From assembly GCF_009914755.1 (NCBI RefSeq), contig NC_060927.1: a stretch of 64,000 nt of DNA; one strand, 5' to 3'. How positions within the stretch are numbered: position 1 is the first letter of the stretch; each line of letters starts with the position of its first letter. This document shows positions 1-12,689 of this stretch, in pieces. The notes under the pieces were generated by a model. That model was not told the DNA's origin. It did not search any database and was given only the letters and a program-made list of their open reading frames with translations. Origin of the DNA: the human T2T-CHM13v2.0 reference genome, Homo sapiens. The position numbers were made by a program, and so were the translations under genes.

Positions 1-1410
1 GAGGGAAAGACACAGTCTTTTCCAGACAAGCAAAGGCTGAGAGAATTTGCCACCACCAGGCCAACACTACAAGAACTACTAAAAGAAGCTCTCAATCTTG
101 AAACAAATTAACAAAATACCCCAAAATAGAACTTATTTAAAGCATAAATCTCACAGGACCTATAAAACAAAGGCACAATGTAAAGAAAAAATGTTATCAG
201 GTACCATGTAGCACAATAAATAGAGTAGTACCTCAGATCTCAATGCTAATGTTCAATGTAAATGGCCTAAATGCTCAAATTAATAAATACAGAATGGCAA
301 AATAAAAATTCAACAGCCAAGTTTCTGCTGTCTTCAGCAGACTTACCTAACACATAAGGACTCAAATAAGATTAAGGTAAAGTGGTGGAAAAAGCTATTC
401 CATGAAAATGGACACGAAAAGCAAGCAGGAATAGCTATTCTTATATTAGATGACACAAACTTTAAGGCAATATCAATTAAAAAAGACAAAGAGGGACATT
501 ATGTAATGATAAAAGGATTGGTACAACAGGAAAATATCACAATCCTAAATATGTAAATACAACTAACACTGGAGCTTCCAGATATATAAAACTATTACTA
601 CTAAACCAAAGAAATGAGTCAGATGGTAACACAACAATGATAGAGGACTTCAATACTCCACTGAGAGCACTAGACAAGTCATCAAGACAGAAAGTCAACA
701 GAGAAACTATGGACTTAAATAATACCCTAACAACAAATGGACTTAACAGGTATTTACAGAATATTCTACTCAACAACTGCAGAGTATGTATTGTATTCAT
801 CTGAATATGAAATATTCTCCAAGATAGACTGTATGATATGTTACAAATCAAGTCTCAGTAAATTTAAGAAAACTGAATTTATTTCAAGTATTCTCTCAGA
901 TCACAGTGGAATAAAATTGAAAATCTACTCTAAAAGGAACCCTCAAAACCATGCAAATACTTGGAAATTAAATAACCTTCTCCTGAATGATCATTGGGGC
1001 AACAATGAAATCGAGATGGAAATTAAAAAATTCTTTGAACTGAATAATAGTGACACAACCTATCAAAATCTCTGGGATACTGCAAAACCAGTGCTAAGAG
1101 GAAAGTTTATAGCATTAAATGGCTATATCAAAAAGTCTGAAAGAGCACAAATAGACAATTTAAGGTCATACCTCACAAACCTGGGAAAACAAGAACAATC
1201 CAAACCCAAACCCAGCAGAAGAAAATAAGTAACCAACATCAGACCAGAACTAAAAGAAATTAAAACAAAAAGAACATAAAACATAAATAAAACAAAAGCT
1301 GTGTATTTGAAAAGATAAATAACATTCATAGAACATTAGCAAGATTAACCAAGAAAAAACAGAAGATCCAAATAAGCTAATTTTGAAACAAAACAGGAGA
1401 CATTGCAACT

Positions 1411-3637
1411 TATATTAGTCCACTTTCACACTGCTGTGAGGAAATACCAAGACTTGGTAATTTATAAAGAAAAAGAGGTTTAATGGACTCACAGTTCCAC
1501 ATGGCTGAGGAGGTTTCACAGTCATGAGAGACAGCGAAGGAGGAGCAAAGGCATGTCTTACATGGCAGAAGGCAAGAGGGTGTGTGCAGAGGAACTGCCC
1601 TTTCATAAAGCCATCAGTTCTCATGAAAATTATTCACTGTCACAAGAACAGCTCAGAGAAAACTGACCCCCATGATTCAATTGCCTCCCACCAGGTCCCT
1701 CTCATGACATATGGGGATTAGGGGAGCCACAATTCAAGATGAGAGATGGGTGGGCACACAGCAAAACCATATCATTTTACCCTGACCCCTCTTAATTCTC
1801 ATGTCCTCACATTTCAAAACCAATCATACCTTCCCAACAGTCCCCCAAAGTCTTAGGTAATTCCAGCACTAATTCAAAAGTCCAAGTCCAAAGTCTTACT
1901 TAAGACAAGGCAAGTCCCTTCTGCCTATGAGTCTGTAAAATTAAAAGCAAGTTATTTGTTTTCTAGATAAAATGAAGGTACAGGCATTGGGTAAGTACAC
2001 ATGTTCCAAATTGGAGAAATGGGCCAAAACGAAGGGACTACGGGATCATGCCAGTCCAAAATCCAGCAGGACAGTCAAATCTTAAAGCTCCAAAATGACC
2101 TCCTTTGACTCCATGTATCACTTCCAGATCATGCTGATGCGAGAAGTGGGCTCTTATGGCCTTAGGCAGCCTCACCACTGTGGCTTTGCAGTGTACAGCT
2201 CCCCTCCTGGATGCTTACATTGGCTGGTGTTGAGTGTCTGCAGCTTTCCCAGGCAAATGATGCAAGCAATTGAAGAATCTACCATTTTGGGATCAGGAGG
2301 ACGATGGCCCTCTTCTCACAGCTCCACTAGTCAGTGCTCCAGTAAGGACTCTGTGCAGGAGCTCTGACCCCACATTTCCCTTCTGCACTGTCCTAACAGA
2401 GCTTCTCCATGAGAGACCCACCCCTGCAGCACACCTCTGCCTGGACATCTAGGTGGATCCATATATACTCTGAAATCTAGGCAGAAGTTCCCATTCCTCA
2501 ATTCCTGATTTCTATACACCCACAGGTGCCCAACACCATGTATAAGCCACCAAGGCTTGGGGCTTGCACCTTCTGAAGCAACTGCCTTAGCTGTACATTG
2601 GCTCCTTTTAACTACAACCAGGATGTAGGACACCAAGTCCCAAGACTACACAAAGCCTCAAGGCCCTGGGGCTGGCCCATGAAACCATGTTTTCCTCCTA
2701 ACTCTCTTGGCCTGTGATGGGAGGAACCACTGTGAAGATCTCTGACATGCCCTGGAGACAATTTCCCCCACTGTCTCAGTAATTAAATTTTGGCTCCTTG
2801 TTACTTATGCAAATTTGTGCAGCCTGCTAGAATTTCTCCTCAGAAAATGGGTCTTTCTTTTCTATCACATCATCAGGCTGCAAATTTTCTACCCAGGTCA
2901 CCTGTTGAACACTTTGCTGCTTAGAAATTTCTTTTGCCAGATACCCTAAATCATCTCTCTGAAGTTGAAAGTTCCACAGATGTCTAGGGCAGGGGCAAAA
3001 TGCCTCCATTCTCTTTGCTAAAGCATAAAAAGGGTCACCTTCATTCCAGTTCCCAAAAGTTCCTCATTTCTGTCTGAGACCACCTCAGCCTGGAGCTTTT
3101 TGGTCAAAACCATTCAGCAAGTCTCTAGGAAGCTCCAAACTTTCCAACATCTTCCTGTCTTCTTCTGAGCCCTCCAAATTGTTCCAGTCTTTGACTGTTA
3201 CCCAGTTCCTAAGTCACTTCCACATTTTTGGGTATCTTAAAAGAAGTACCTCACTCTACCAGTACCAATTTACTCTATTTGTTCATTTTCATACTGCTAT
3301 GAAGAAATACCTGAGACTGGGTAATTTATAAAGAAAAAGAGGTTTAATAGACTCACACTTCCACATGGCTGGGGAGGCCTCATAATCATGGCAGAAGATG
3401 AAAGAGTAGCAAAGGCACATCTTACATGGTGGCAGGCAAGAGGGCATGTGCAAGGGAATTGCCCTTTTATAATACCATCAGTTATCCTGAGACTTATTCA
3501 CTGTCATGAGAATGGAATGGGAAAAACCCACTCCCATGATTCAGTTACACGCATCAGGTTTCTCCCACAACATGTGAGGATTACGGGAGCTACAATTCAA
3601 GATGAGATTTGGGTAGAGACACACCCAAACGATATCA
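1411..3637 (-). mobile_element. THE1C/D-like MaLR provirus (LTR-internal-LTR)
   Basis: Two ~364-bp LTRs (1411-1774 and 3274-3637), both ending ...aaac(c/g)atatca, the reverse complement of the THE1 start TGATATGGTTT. About 1.5 kb of THE1-int lies between them. 5-bp TSD caact (1406-1410) / ctact (3638-3642). Confidence 0.93.
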
Positions 3638-3647
3638 CTACTGATAG

Positions 3648-4230
3648 TGTGTCCAGAATTGGTTCCTTCCAGTGGGTTCTTGGACTCGCTGACATCACCC
3701 ATGAAGCCACAGACCCTCACGGTGAGTGTTACAGTTCTTAAAGATGGTATGTCCGGAGTTTGTTCCATCCAATGTTCAGATGTGTCCAGAGTTTCTTCCT
3801 TCTGGTGGGTTTGTGGTCTCACTGACTTCAGGAGTGAAGCCGCAGACCTTTGCAGTGAGTGTTACAGCTCACAAAGATAGCGCGGACCCAAAGAGTGAGC
3901 AGCAGCAAGATTTACTGTGAAGAGCGAAACAAAGCTTCCACAGCATGGAAGGGGACCTGAGGAGGTTGCCCACTGCTGGCTCAGGTGGCCAGCTTTTATT
4001 CCCTTATTTGGCCCCACCCATGTCCTGCTGATTTGTCCATTTTACAGAGCACTGATTGGTCCATTTTACAGAGTGCTGATTGGTCCGTTTTTAAAGAGTG
4101 CTGATTGGTGCATTTACAAATCTTTAGCTAGACACAGAGCGCTGACTGGTATGTTTTCAATCCTTTAGCTAGACAGAAAAGTTCTCTAAGTCCCCACCTA
4201 ACCCAGAAGCCCAGCCAGCTTCGCCTCTCA
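3648..4230 (-). mobile_element. LTR12 (ERV9) solo LTR
   Basis: Minus strand starts TGAGAGGCGAAGCTGGCTGGG and ends ...GGACACA. U3 gctgattggt repeats and U5 GTAACACTCAC repeats are present. Perfect 4-bp TSD atag at 3644-3647 and 4231-4234. Confidence 0.95.
3990..4170 (-). promoter_or_regulatory. LTR12 enhancer/promoter: tandem CCAAT (NF-Y) boxes and AATAAA element
   Basis: Three intact ctgattggt units (CCAATCAG on minus) and two degenerate ones; cttttattc near 3993-4001. Activity is inferred from known ERV9 LTR biology and not shown here. Confidence 0.6.
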
Positions 4231-6697
4231 ATAGCACAGAAATACAAAAGAATATTCAAGGCTACTATAAACACCTTTATGCACATAAACTAGAAAATTT
4301 AGAGGTGATGGATAAATTCCTGGAAACATAAAACTTTTCCAGATTAAACCAGGAAGATATACAAACTCCGGACATACCAATAACAAGCAGCAAGTTTGAA
4401 ACAGTAATAAAAAAACTGCCAACAAAAAATAGTCCAGGACCAGATAGATACACAGGTGAATTAAATCAGACATTCAAAGAATTGGTACCAATATTATTGA
4501 CACTATTTCACAAGATAGAGAAAGAGGGAATCCTCCCTAAATCATTCTATGAATCCGGTATTATCCTACTACCAAAACCAGGGAAGGACATAACAAAGAA
4601 AGAAAATTACAGACCAATATTCCTGATGGACACAGATGCAAAAATTCTCAACAAAATACTAGCGAACCAAATCCAACAGCATTTTAAAAAGATAATCCAC
4701 CATGATCAAGTGGGTTTCATATGAGGGATGAAGAGATGGTTTAACATCCACAAGTTAATAAATGTGATAGACCACATAAACAAAATTAAAAACAAAAACC
4801 ACATGATCATCTCAATACATGCAGAAAAAGCATTTGACAAAATTAAGCATCACTTTATAATTAAAACCCTCACCAAAATCATCAAAGAAGGGAGATACCT
4901 CAAGGTAATAAAAGCCATCTATAACAAACCCACAGCCAACATTATACTGAATGTGGAAATGTTGAAAGCACCCCTGCTTAGAACTGGAACAAGACAAAGG
5001 TGCCTACTTTCACCACTTCTATTTAACATAGTACTGGAAGTCATAACTGGAGCAAATAGAGAAGATAAATAAATAAAGGACATCCAAATTGGTAAAGAGG
5101 AAGTCAACTGTCCCTGTTAGCTGATGATATGATTGTATACATAGAAAACTCTAAAGACTCATCCAAAAAGCTGCTAGAACTTGTAAATGAATTCAGCAAA
5201 TTTCAGGATACAAAATTAATGTACAAATCAGTAGCTCTGCTATACACCAATAGCGACCAAGCTGAGAATCAAATCAAGAACTCAATCCCTTTTACAATAG
5301 CTGCAAAAAAATAGTAATAATAACAAAATAAAATACTTAGGAATATACCTAACCAAGGAGGTTAAAGACCTCTGCAAAGAAAACTAAACAACACTGATGA
5401 AAGAAATCACAGATGACAAAAAGAAATGGAAACACATTCCATGCTCATGAAAGGGTAGAATCAGTATTGTGAAAATGATCATACTGCGAAAAGCCATCTA
5501 CAAACTCAGTGCAAGTCCTATCAAAATACCACCAATATTCTTCACATAACTAGAAAAAAAAATCCTAAAATTCATATAAAACCAAAAAGGGAGCTCACAT
5601 AGCCAAAGCAAGACTAAGCAAACAGAACAAATTTGGTGACATCACATTACCCAACTTCAAACTATAATGCCATAGTCACCAAAACAGTATTGTACTGGGG
5701 TAAAAATAGGCACATAGACCAATGGAACAGAATAGAGAACCCAGAAATAAAGTCAAATACTTACAGCCAACTGATCAAACAAATCAAACAGAAACATGAA
5801 GTGGGGAAAGGACACTCTATTCAACAAATGGTGCTGGGATAATTGGCAAGCCACACATAGGAGAATAAAACTAGATCCTCATATTTCACCTTATACAAAA
5901 ATCAACTAAAAATACATCAAAAACTAATCTAAGACCTGAAACCATAAAAATTATAGACGATAACATCAGAAAAACCCTTCTAGACACTGACTTAGATTTC
6001 ATGACCAAGAATCCAAAAGCAAATGCAACAAAAACAAAGAGAAATAGATGGAACTTAAAACAAAAAGGCTTCTTCACAGCCAAAGAAATAACCAACAGAG
6101 TTAACAAACAACCCACATAGTGGGAGAAAATCTTCACAACCTATATATCTGACAAAGACTAATATCAAGAACCTACGAAGAACTCAAACAAATCAGCAAG
6201 AAAAAAACAAACAACCAAAAAAAAAAACAATCCCATCAAAAAGGTGGGTAAGGACATGAATAGGCAATTCTCAAAAGATGTGCAAATGGCCAATGAACAT
6301 ATGGAAAAATGCTCAACATCATTAATGATCAAGGAAATGCTAATCAAATTCACTATGTGATATCACTCTATTTCTGCAAGAATGGCCAAAATTAAATCAA
6401 AAAATATTAGATGTTGCCATGGATGTGGTGAAAAGGGAACACTTTTACACTGCTGGTGAGAATGCAAACTAGTACACCCACTATGAAAAACAGTGTGGAG
6501 ATTCCTTAAGAAACTAAAAATAGATCTATCATTTGATTCAGCAATCCCACTACTGGGTATCTACCCAGAGGAAAAGAAGATATTATATGAAAAAGATACT
6601 TGCACATGCATGTTTATAGCAGCACAATTTGCAATTGCAGAAATATGGAACCAGCCCAAATGCCCATCAGTCAATGAGTGGAAAAAGAAAATATTAC

Positions 6698-6866
6698 GTG
6701 TGTGTGTGTGTATATATATACATATATATATACATATATACACATATATATGTACATATATACACATATATACATATATATGTACATATATATACATATA
6801 TGTGTATATATACATATATATGTGTATATATGTATATATATACATGTGTATATATATATATATGTA
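6698..6866. repeat. (GT)n/(TA)n/(CATA)n compound microsatellite
   Basis: Directly visible; source of the spurious YI-rich ORFs at 6493-6949. Confidence 0.97.
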
Positions 6867-6869
6867 ATA

Positions 6870-9030
6870 AAATATGCACCAGAAATTGATATAAACAAAT
6901 CAGCCATATTAAAACTGGATATCAGTTTAATTATTATTCCCTGACTCAATGAAAAATAATGCTAAATGCTACTAGAAATTCATCTAAAGTAAAGCCACTT
7001 TAAATTACTGGCAATAATAAATAAATGAATATTTAATGAATACAAATAAACAATACCAAAAGTAAGAGTTGTTAACACTGAAAAAAATCAAAGCAGGAAA
7101 ATTTTAAAAAGCACAAAGGTGATCAATCTGTGGCATATTTTCATACCAAATATGTGGCATTAAAATATATAAATTAGAGCTAACTCATAAGAATAAGAAC
7201 ATTTTGACAGAACTTTACTTATCAGTTGTCTGAAGATCATAACATTAGAAAGATAATATAACGCTGTTCAGTATGTAAATATCACAGGTAATAAATTAGA
7301 TCTAATAGATGTTGAAATTTATACCTTGAAAGTAAAGAATCTCTGTTTTTTTAAACATAAACATTTTGCCAAGACAAAATTATAATCTTCAAAATGACAA
7401 AGATAATATGTTATTTCTCTGATAAAATGCAATATAATTTGAAATTAATAAATACAATATTAAAAATTCATAATAAAAATTTACATGTTAATTAAAGGCA
7501 AGTATATTTGATGCTGTATGTGTGTGCATGACACAATTATTTTATCAAAATGAGAATCAAAGTGAAATTGTAGAATATTTAGAAATGCAAAGTACAAAGA
7601 TACTTGTGTAAAATTTAATGAAATCCGACTATGTCAATAATCAGATGAAAATTCATGAACAGAAATTACCATAATATGAAAGAATAAAAATTTAAAAAAT
7701 AGGAAAAATAACAAATTAGAAAAGACAGAAATGTGATCTTAAGGACAGTAAAGGAATGATATAACTATGAAAGCAAATACTATTTTTTGGAAAGAAATAA
7801 ACTTGAACTAGTTAATAATATACAACTCAAAATAATAGACAAATAATCAAGTGATAAAGAATATTTTTACCATAAACTCAAAATTAAAAATCAACATCCA
7901 TAATTATCAAGAAAAAGTAAATAGAATAGCCAAATATGCAAATATGAAATTTTCAGAAAATTAATTTCAAATGTTTAAGAAATACTATAAAGAATTTTAT
8001 ATTTGATAGTGTTATTAAGAGAATTCTCTCATGCATAATTAGTTAATATTTTATGTGCCTATTTGATATGAGAAATGATTAAGATATTGGAATGGATGAG
8101 CAAATGTTATATTGTCACATATTACTGGTGGTAACTCTACAGGTAACAATAAAGTAACATTTATTCAGAATTAAATTTCCACATACTCTTTGACCCAGAA
8201 AATTCACTCCTGGAACTGTATCTCACGTTATTAAAAATGCTGTTATGTGAATAAATATATGCAAATAATTTATTACAATGCTATTTATAGTGACTATATA
8301 CTGGGAACAAAGTAAGTGCAGATTACTAGATGTTTTAATCAATTAGCAGATTACTAATGTTTTAATCAATTATGTTATAGACTCGCATAGAACATCATGT
8401 AGTCATTTAACATGTCTATGAATTATATACATATTGACTAGATAAATGAACATGCTCCTTTATTGAGAGAAAAATCTAAAGCATAGTGAAGTATGTAACA
8501 TCTCACCTTATTTTTTAAGGCAATAATAATTTGTATTATTATGTGTATGCACATAATTTATATGGGGTATCCATGTGTCCGTTTAAAATTAAATTAATAG
8601 ATTAATAAATATTATCTATGAATAACATATATGCATATCAATTAGAAATGTAAAATAAACTAGCTAGATTCATGGATACATTATTTGGAGATGTCCTGGG
8701 TATATTTTTAAATAAAAATAGCAAGTTGCAGATTTATGATATTATATTTAAGCAGTGAATGTATTACTAATTAGATTTTTTAAAAAACTTACATTTGAGC
8801 AAGAAAAAATATAAGTAATCATATATATAAGGGTCTGGTTGCACAGAGAATTATACATGCCAGATTGTTAAAAATGTTATATTTGATATGACGGTACAGG
8901 AAGAGTGAAGATGGGAGTACAAAAATGATTAGCTCTCTGGTTATATATGTTGGTATTACTACAATGGTTAAATATTTGTATAAATACAATGGTTAAATAT
9001 TTGTAGTAGAATTGTATGAATAATTCATAA
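6870..9030 (+). mobile_element. Old L1M (L1ME-like) fragments
   Basis: A-rich degenerate ORF2 and 3' pieces (e.g. tttgacccagaaaattcactcctggaact at ~8190). Boundaries approximate. Confidence 0.5.
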
Positions 9031-9989
9031 GTCTTTATGGATTATGTTGAACATTATGTTGCATAAAAGTATTGAGAATTTATGAATAAAGGTACATGAG
9101 GGAGAAGTAAATGTTCATTCAGTATACCCAATTTAACTTAATTTAGGAAATGCCCTGGAGGCTTAATGATACTCAATCCAGTACATCACTAGCTAACAAT
9201 GTTTTATAACTTTTACTGTAAATTATATTTTGTTGTTTATTGACATTAGCCTGGCAAATGTCACTTTTAAAGTGCGGAGTTTTAAGTGTTGAGTAAGTTG
9301 TAGTGAGGTTGTTTTCAGTTATCTCTTTACATAACATTTGAGAAAAGTTGTCAGTTTAAATTTAAACTAACAAGTAATATAATTAGTCAAGGCAGCATCT
9401 CTAAGTCTTAGAAAGTTAACTTCAATATTTGAATCTCCTTGCCTTCATTATAGCAGAAAATTCCATTATGTAAATAGTCTTCTTAATTTTATTGAATTTA
9501 GTGGCAATAACTCTGATTTAGATGTTTAAATCATAATTGTGTGCTTCTAATATATTTTTATTGTGTGTCTATCAAAAGCAAGCATTTAAAAAATCAAATC
9601 TTTTAAGGCTCTTTTGCTAGAATGTTTTCATACTGAGATGATCTGATATTGGTAAGTTTAAATTACATTCTTAGAAAATACAGTCACTAACAAGACTACT
9701 TACACCATTTTAAATGTTACTGATACTAAGACTAGCTTTTGATAAATAACTTTGTTTCAGTTCTGCTATAAAAACCATTGTTAAAAACGTATGATATAAA
9801 CCTGAGATATTTTCCAAATATTTAAAGTGTTTAATATATGCACACAGCAATACTTCTACTTAGAGGCCATGAAACTTGATAATTATAAAAATTTAATAGT
9901 AATATTTTGTGATTAGATTAAGCATTAGTCTAATGTTTAATAAAGATCTTTCAGTTTAACTTGCAAAGGTAGCTTTGAACTTCAAATGA

Positions 9990-12630
9990 GAGTAAGTATG
10001 GAAGAGGATTTGTAATTCCTTTGCTTCTGTAGATAAGCACATAAGAAAACCATTCAGTCATATTTTTCTATAAAACTACTGAAATTGGTGGATGCAAAGA
10101 AGCCTTAATGAGTTGAATTTAAGAAAAGTGCAAAGCTTTCTAGTTAACTGGAGAGTCACATTAGCAAAAGCTAGGGTAAATCATGTCCAGGATGCAGATA
10201 GTTTGAGGAGTGTGTCTGCAATAGAGAAATGGATTTTGCATGGGAGAGGAGAAATCAGGAAATTCTAATAACAGTGTGGACAGTTAGGGCAGATTAAAAT
10301 CTAATAGAACTCTCAACGTAAGAAAAACATTAACAAACCCACCAGTTTTTCACCCTCTCCAGCTCAAAAATTTACAAACAAATTAATATTCATGAAAGGA
10401 ATAGAAACTTAATAATTTATTCAATCTTTCATATTATCATGGGGTTTGAATTCCTGGGAACTTCAGAGTTGAAGCTAACTGCAAATCAAAAGCTCATGGA
10501 AATACTGCGCAACCACGTTCCAGCTTAAACTCTGTCAAAATCAAGAGTTGGCTGGGAGTTAGTTTACCCAGATATTAATTCAATATGAGGAAAGATGCAG
10601 GCCTGCCTCCAAATCAGCTGGACTCTTGTTTATGCCAATAACCCCCAAAACAAAAGGCTTTACACTATGTGGAAAACACAAACAATATTACTTCAGACTC
10701 CACTGTTCTTTTCTACATTATGTCTGTAATGGAATAAGAAAAATTACATAATATATGAAAAAAGCAAGAAAATATGGCCCAAAAGGAAAGAGGAAAAAGG
10801 TAACCAATAGATAAGAATCAGATTTGACCCAGATTCTATCGTGAGAAGATATAGGAAGACAAACAAATTAAAACATAAATAAATTGAATATATAGTAAAG
10901 ATTACAGCAGCAGTCACTGAAGTTTATTAAAAAGCCAACTGTAGAGCAAACTAATAAAGCCCAACATTTTTCTCCAAAATAATCATTAAAATACTTAAAC
11001 AGCTAATGAGGCTAAGTAAGGAAAAAGAAAATGCAAGTTACCAACATCATGAATAAAGACAGGATTCCAGTGCACATTAGAAAGGATAACTGTCTGATAT
11101 TATGAACACCTTTACACCAACAAATTCAAAAACTAAGTTTATATAGACAAATTACTTCAAAAACACCATTTACTAAATCACACAGAAGATAAACTAGAAA
11201 ATCAGAAAAGCCCTATATCTAAAGCAAATTAATTTATCAGAAAGCATCCCACACAGAAAAATAAAAGCTCACATGCTTATCTGATGATTACATCAAACAT
11301 TTTAAAAATACCAATTTTTATAAAATTATTCCAGATAATAAAAGAAGAAATAATACTAGGCATCTCATTTCATGGCCTAATTAACCACCTAAATAAAACT
11401 TGACAATGATATTATATGAAACCACAGATCAATAACCTCATGAACATTAAAGCATGAATTCTTTACAAAATATTAGCAAATCTAAATAAGCAATATACAA
11501 ATATACAATACACCATGATTAAGTGTGATATATCACAAATAAATTAGTATTCAAGAAAGGAATAGAAATTTAATAATTTATTCAATCTTTCATATTATCA
11601 TGGGGTTTGAATTCCTGGGCCCTTCAGAGTGCAAGATCAGACCAATATTTGAAAAGCAATCAATGCAATTCATCAGATAAAGGAGAAAAAACAAGCCAAA
11701 AAAAGTAATATCTCGATAGATTCAAAAAAATTTCTGAAAAAACTTAACACATTTTCTTTTTAAAAACCCTGGGAAAATCAAGAAATAAGAAAGCTATGTC
11801 ATAAATCTCATAACGATTATCTACCAAAAACCTACAACAGATATCAAAATTAATAGCAAAAAGTTAAATACTGTCTTCCTAAGATCAAGAAATCATGCAC
11901 ATGTGCTCTCAGCATGTCTATTTGAAATTTTTTAAAGAAGGTCCTACTTGTTATAACAAGCTAAAAATGTATATATAGAAGTTATAAAGATAGAAAAGGA
12001 TGATTAATAATCTTTCTAATCATAGAAACCATGATTTTTTAATACAAAAATTCTACCAGAATCACAAAACAAATTCTAAAAATAATTTAATTCAATGAGG
12101 CTACAGTATATACTATAAATTAATTAAATGAGGAGATAACGTTTTCATCAAATATATAGGAACAAAAGGATATCCGTAGAAAAGAAGCCACAATTCCTGG
12201 ACTAATAATAGAAAAAATAATTAGAGGTTAAATTTGGCCAAATTTAAAAGGTAAAATCATAAATCTACTCAAAGAATACAAAGGCAATCTTTGAGATGTT
12301 GAGGTAGGCAAAGATTTTAGAGACACAAAGCAAAAAGCAACATCTATAAATAAAAACAAAAGATTAGCAAACTAAAAGCCTTGTGCTCATCAGTTCACCA
12401 TTAAGAAAATCATTTCCCTATAAAGGATTAGGAGAAAGTATTTACAAAACATACCTCTGATAAAGTATTTATATCAAGAATATAAAAGAGCTCCTACAAA
12501 TCAACAAAAGATTTAAAACTAATGGTTGAAAAAATGGTGGAGTATGGGAGAACTGCCTCTTCACAAAGGAAAATATACACGTGGCTAATAAGAAACACTA
12601 AAATCTACTTATCATCATGTATTACTGAAA
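9990..12630 (+). mobile_element. Old L1M 5' region and ORF2 fragments
   Basis: Degenerate ORF2 motifs: tattatgaacacctttacaccaacaaattc, caaaatattagcaaatc, caccatgattaagtg, aaacatacctctgataaag. Boundaries approximate. Confidence 0.65.
10374..11630 (+). repeat. 96-bp dispersed direct repeat (copies 10374-10469 and 11535-11630)
   Basis: Manual alignment gives 6 mismatches in 96 bp and no indels. Confidence 0.92.
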
Positions 12631-12689
12631 CAGTGTATACTATTTCAATTACCTAGGTGAAATAAATAACTGTTTATCTCCTAAATTTT

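Larger units (their letters stand above)
1..6692 (+). mobile_element. L1PB-type LINE-1 (L1PB1-like): ORF1 3' end plus decayed ORF2, interrupted by THE1 and LTR12; 3' UTR missing
   Basis: ORF track fragments are L1 ORF2p: 737-1228 (EN C-terminus [17 protein letters not shown]), 4482-4724 ([17 protein letters not shown]), 4728-5072 ([20 protein letters not shown]). The 3' region ctacccagaggaaaagaag...gaaaaagatacttgcaca resembles L1PB1. Sequence rejoins seamlessly across both insertions. Confidence 0.9.
216..6692 (+). pseudogene. L1 ORF2 (endonuclease/reverse transcriptase) pseudogene with many stops and frameshifts
   Basis: Start context ataaatagagtagtacctcag (ATG>ATA). EN motif NVNGLN region near 255-275, RT ADD (gctgatgatatgatt) near 5120, C-terminal WNQPKCPS in ORF 6493-6867. 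Confidence 0.85.

Noticed and set aside
737-5842. L1 ORF2 fragments as functional CDS
   Set aside because: Many stops and frameshifts plus two LTR insertions.
6493-6949. Cluster of overlapping Y/I/H-rich ORFs (also 34748-35137)
   Set aside because: Translations of TA/CA microsatellites, which lack stop codons.
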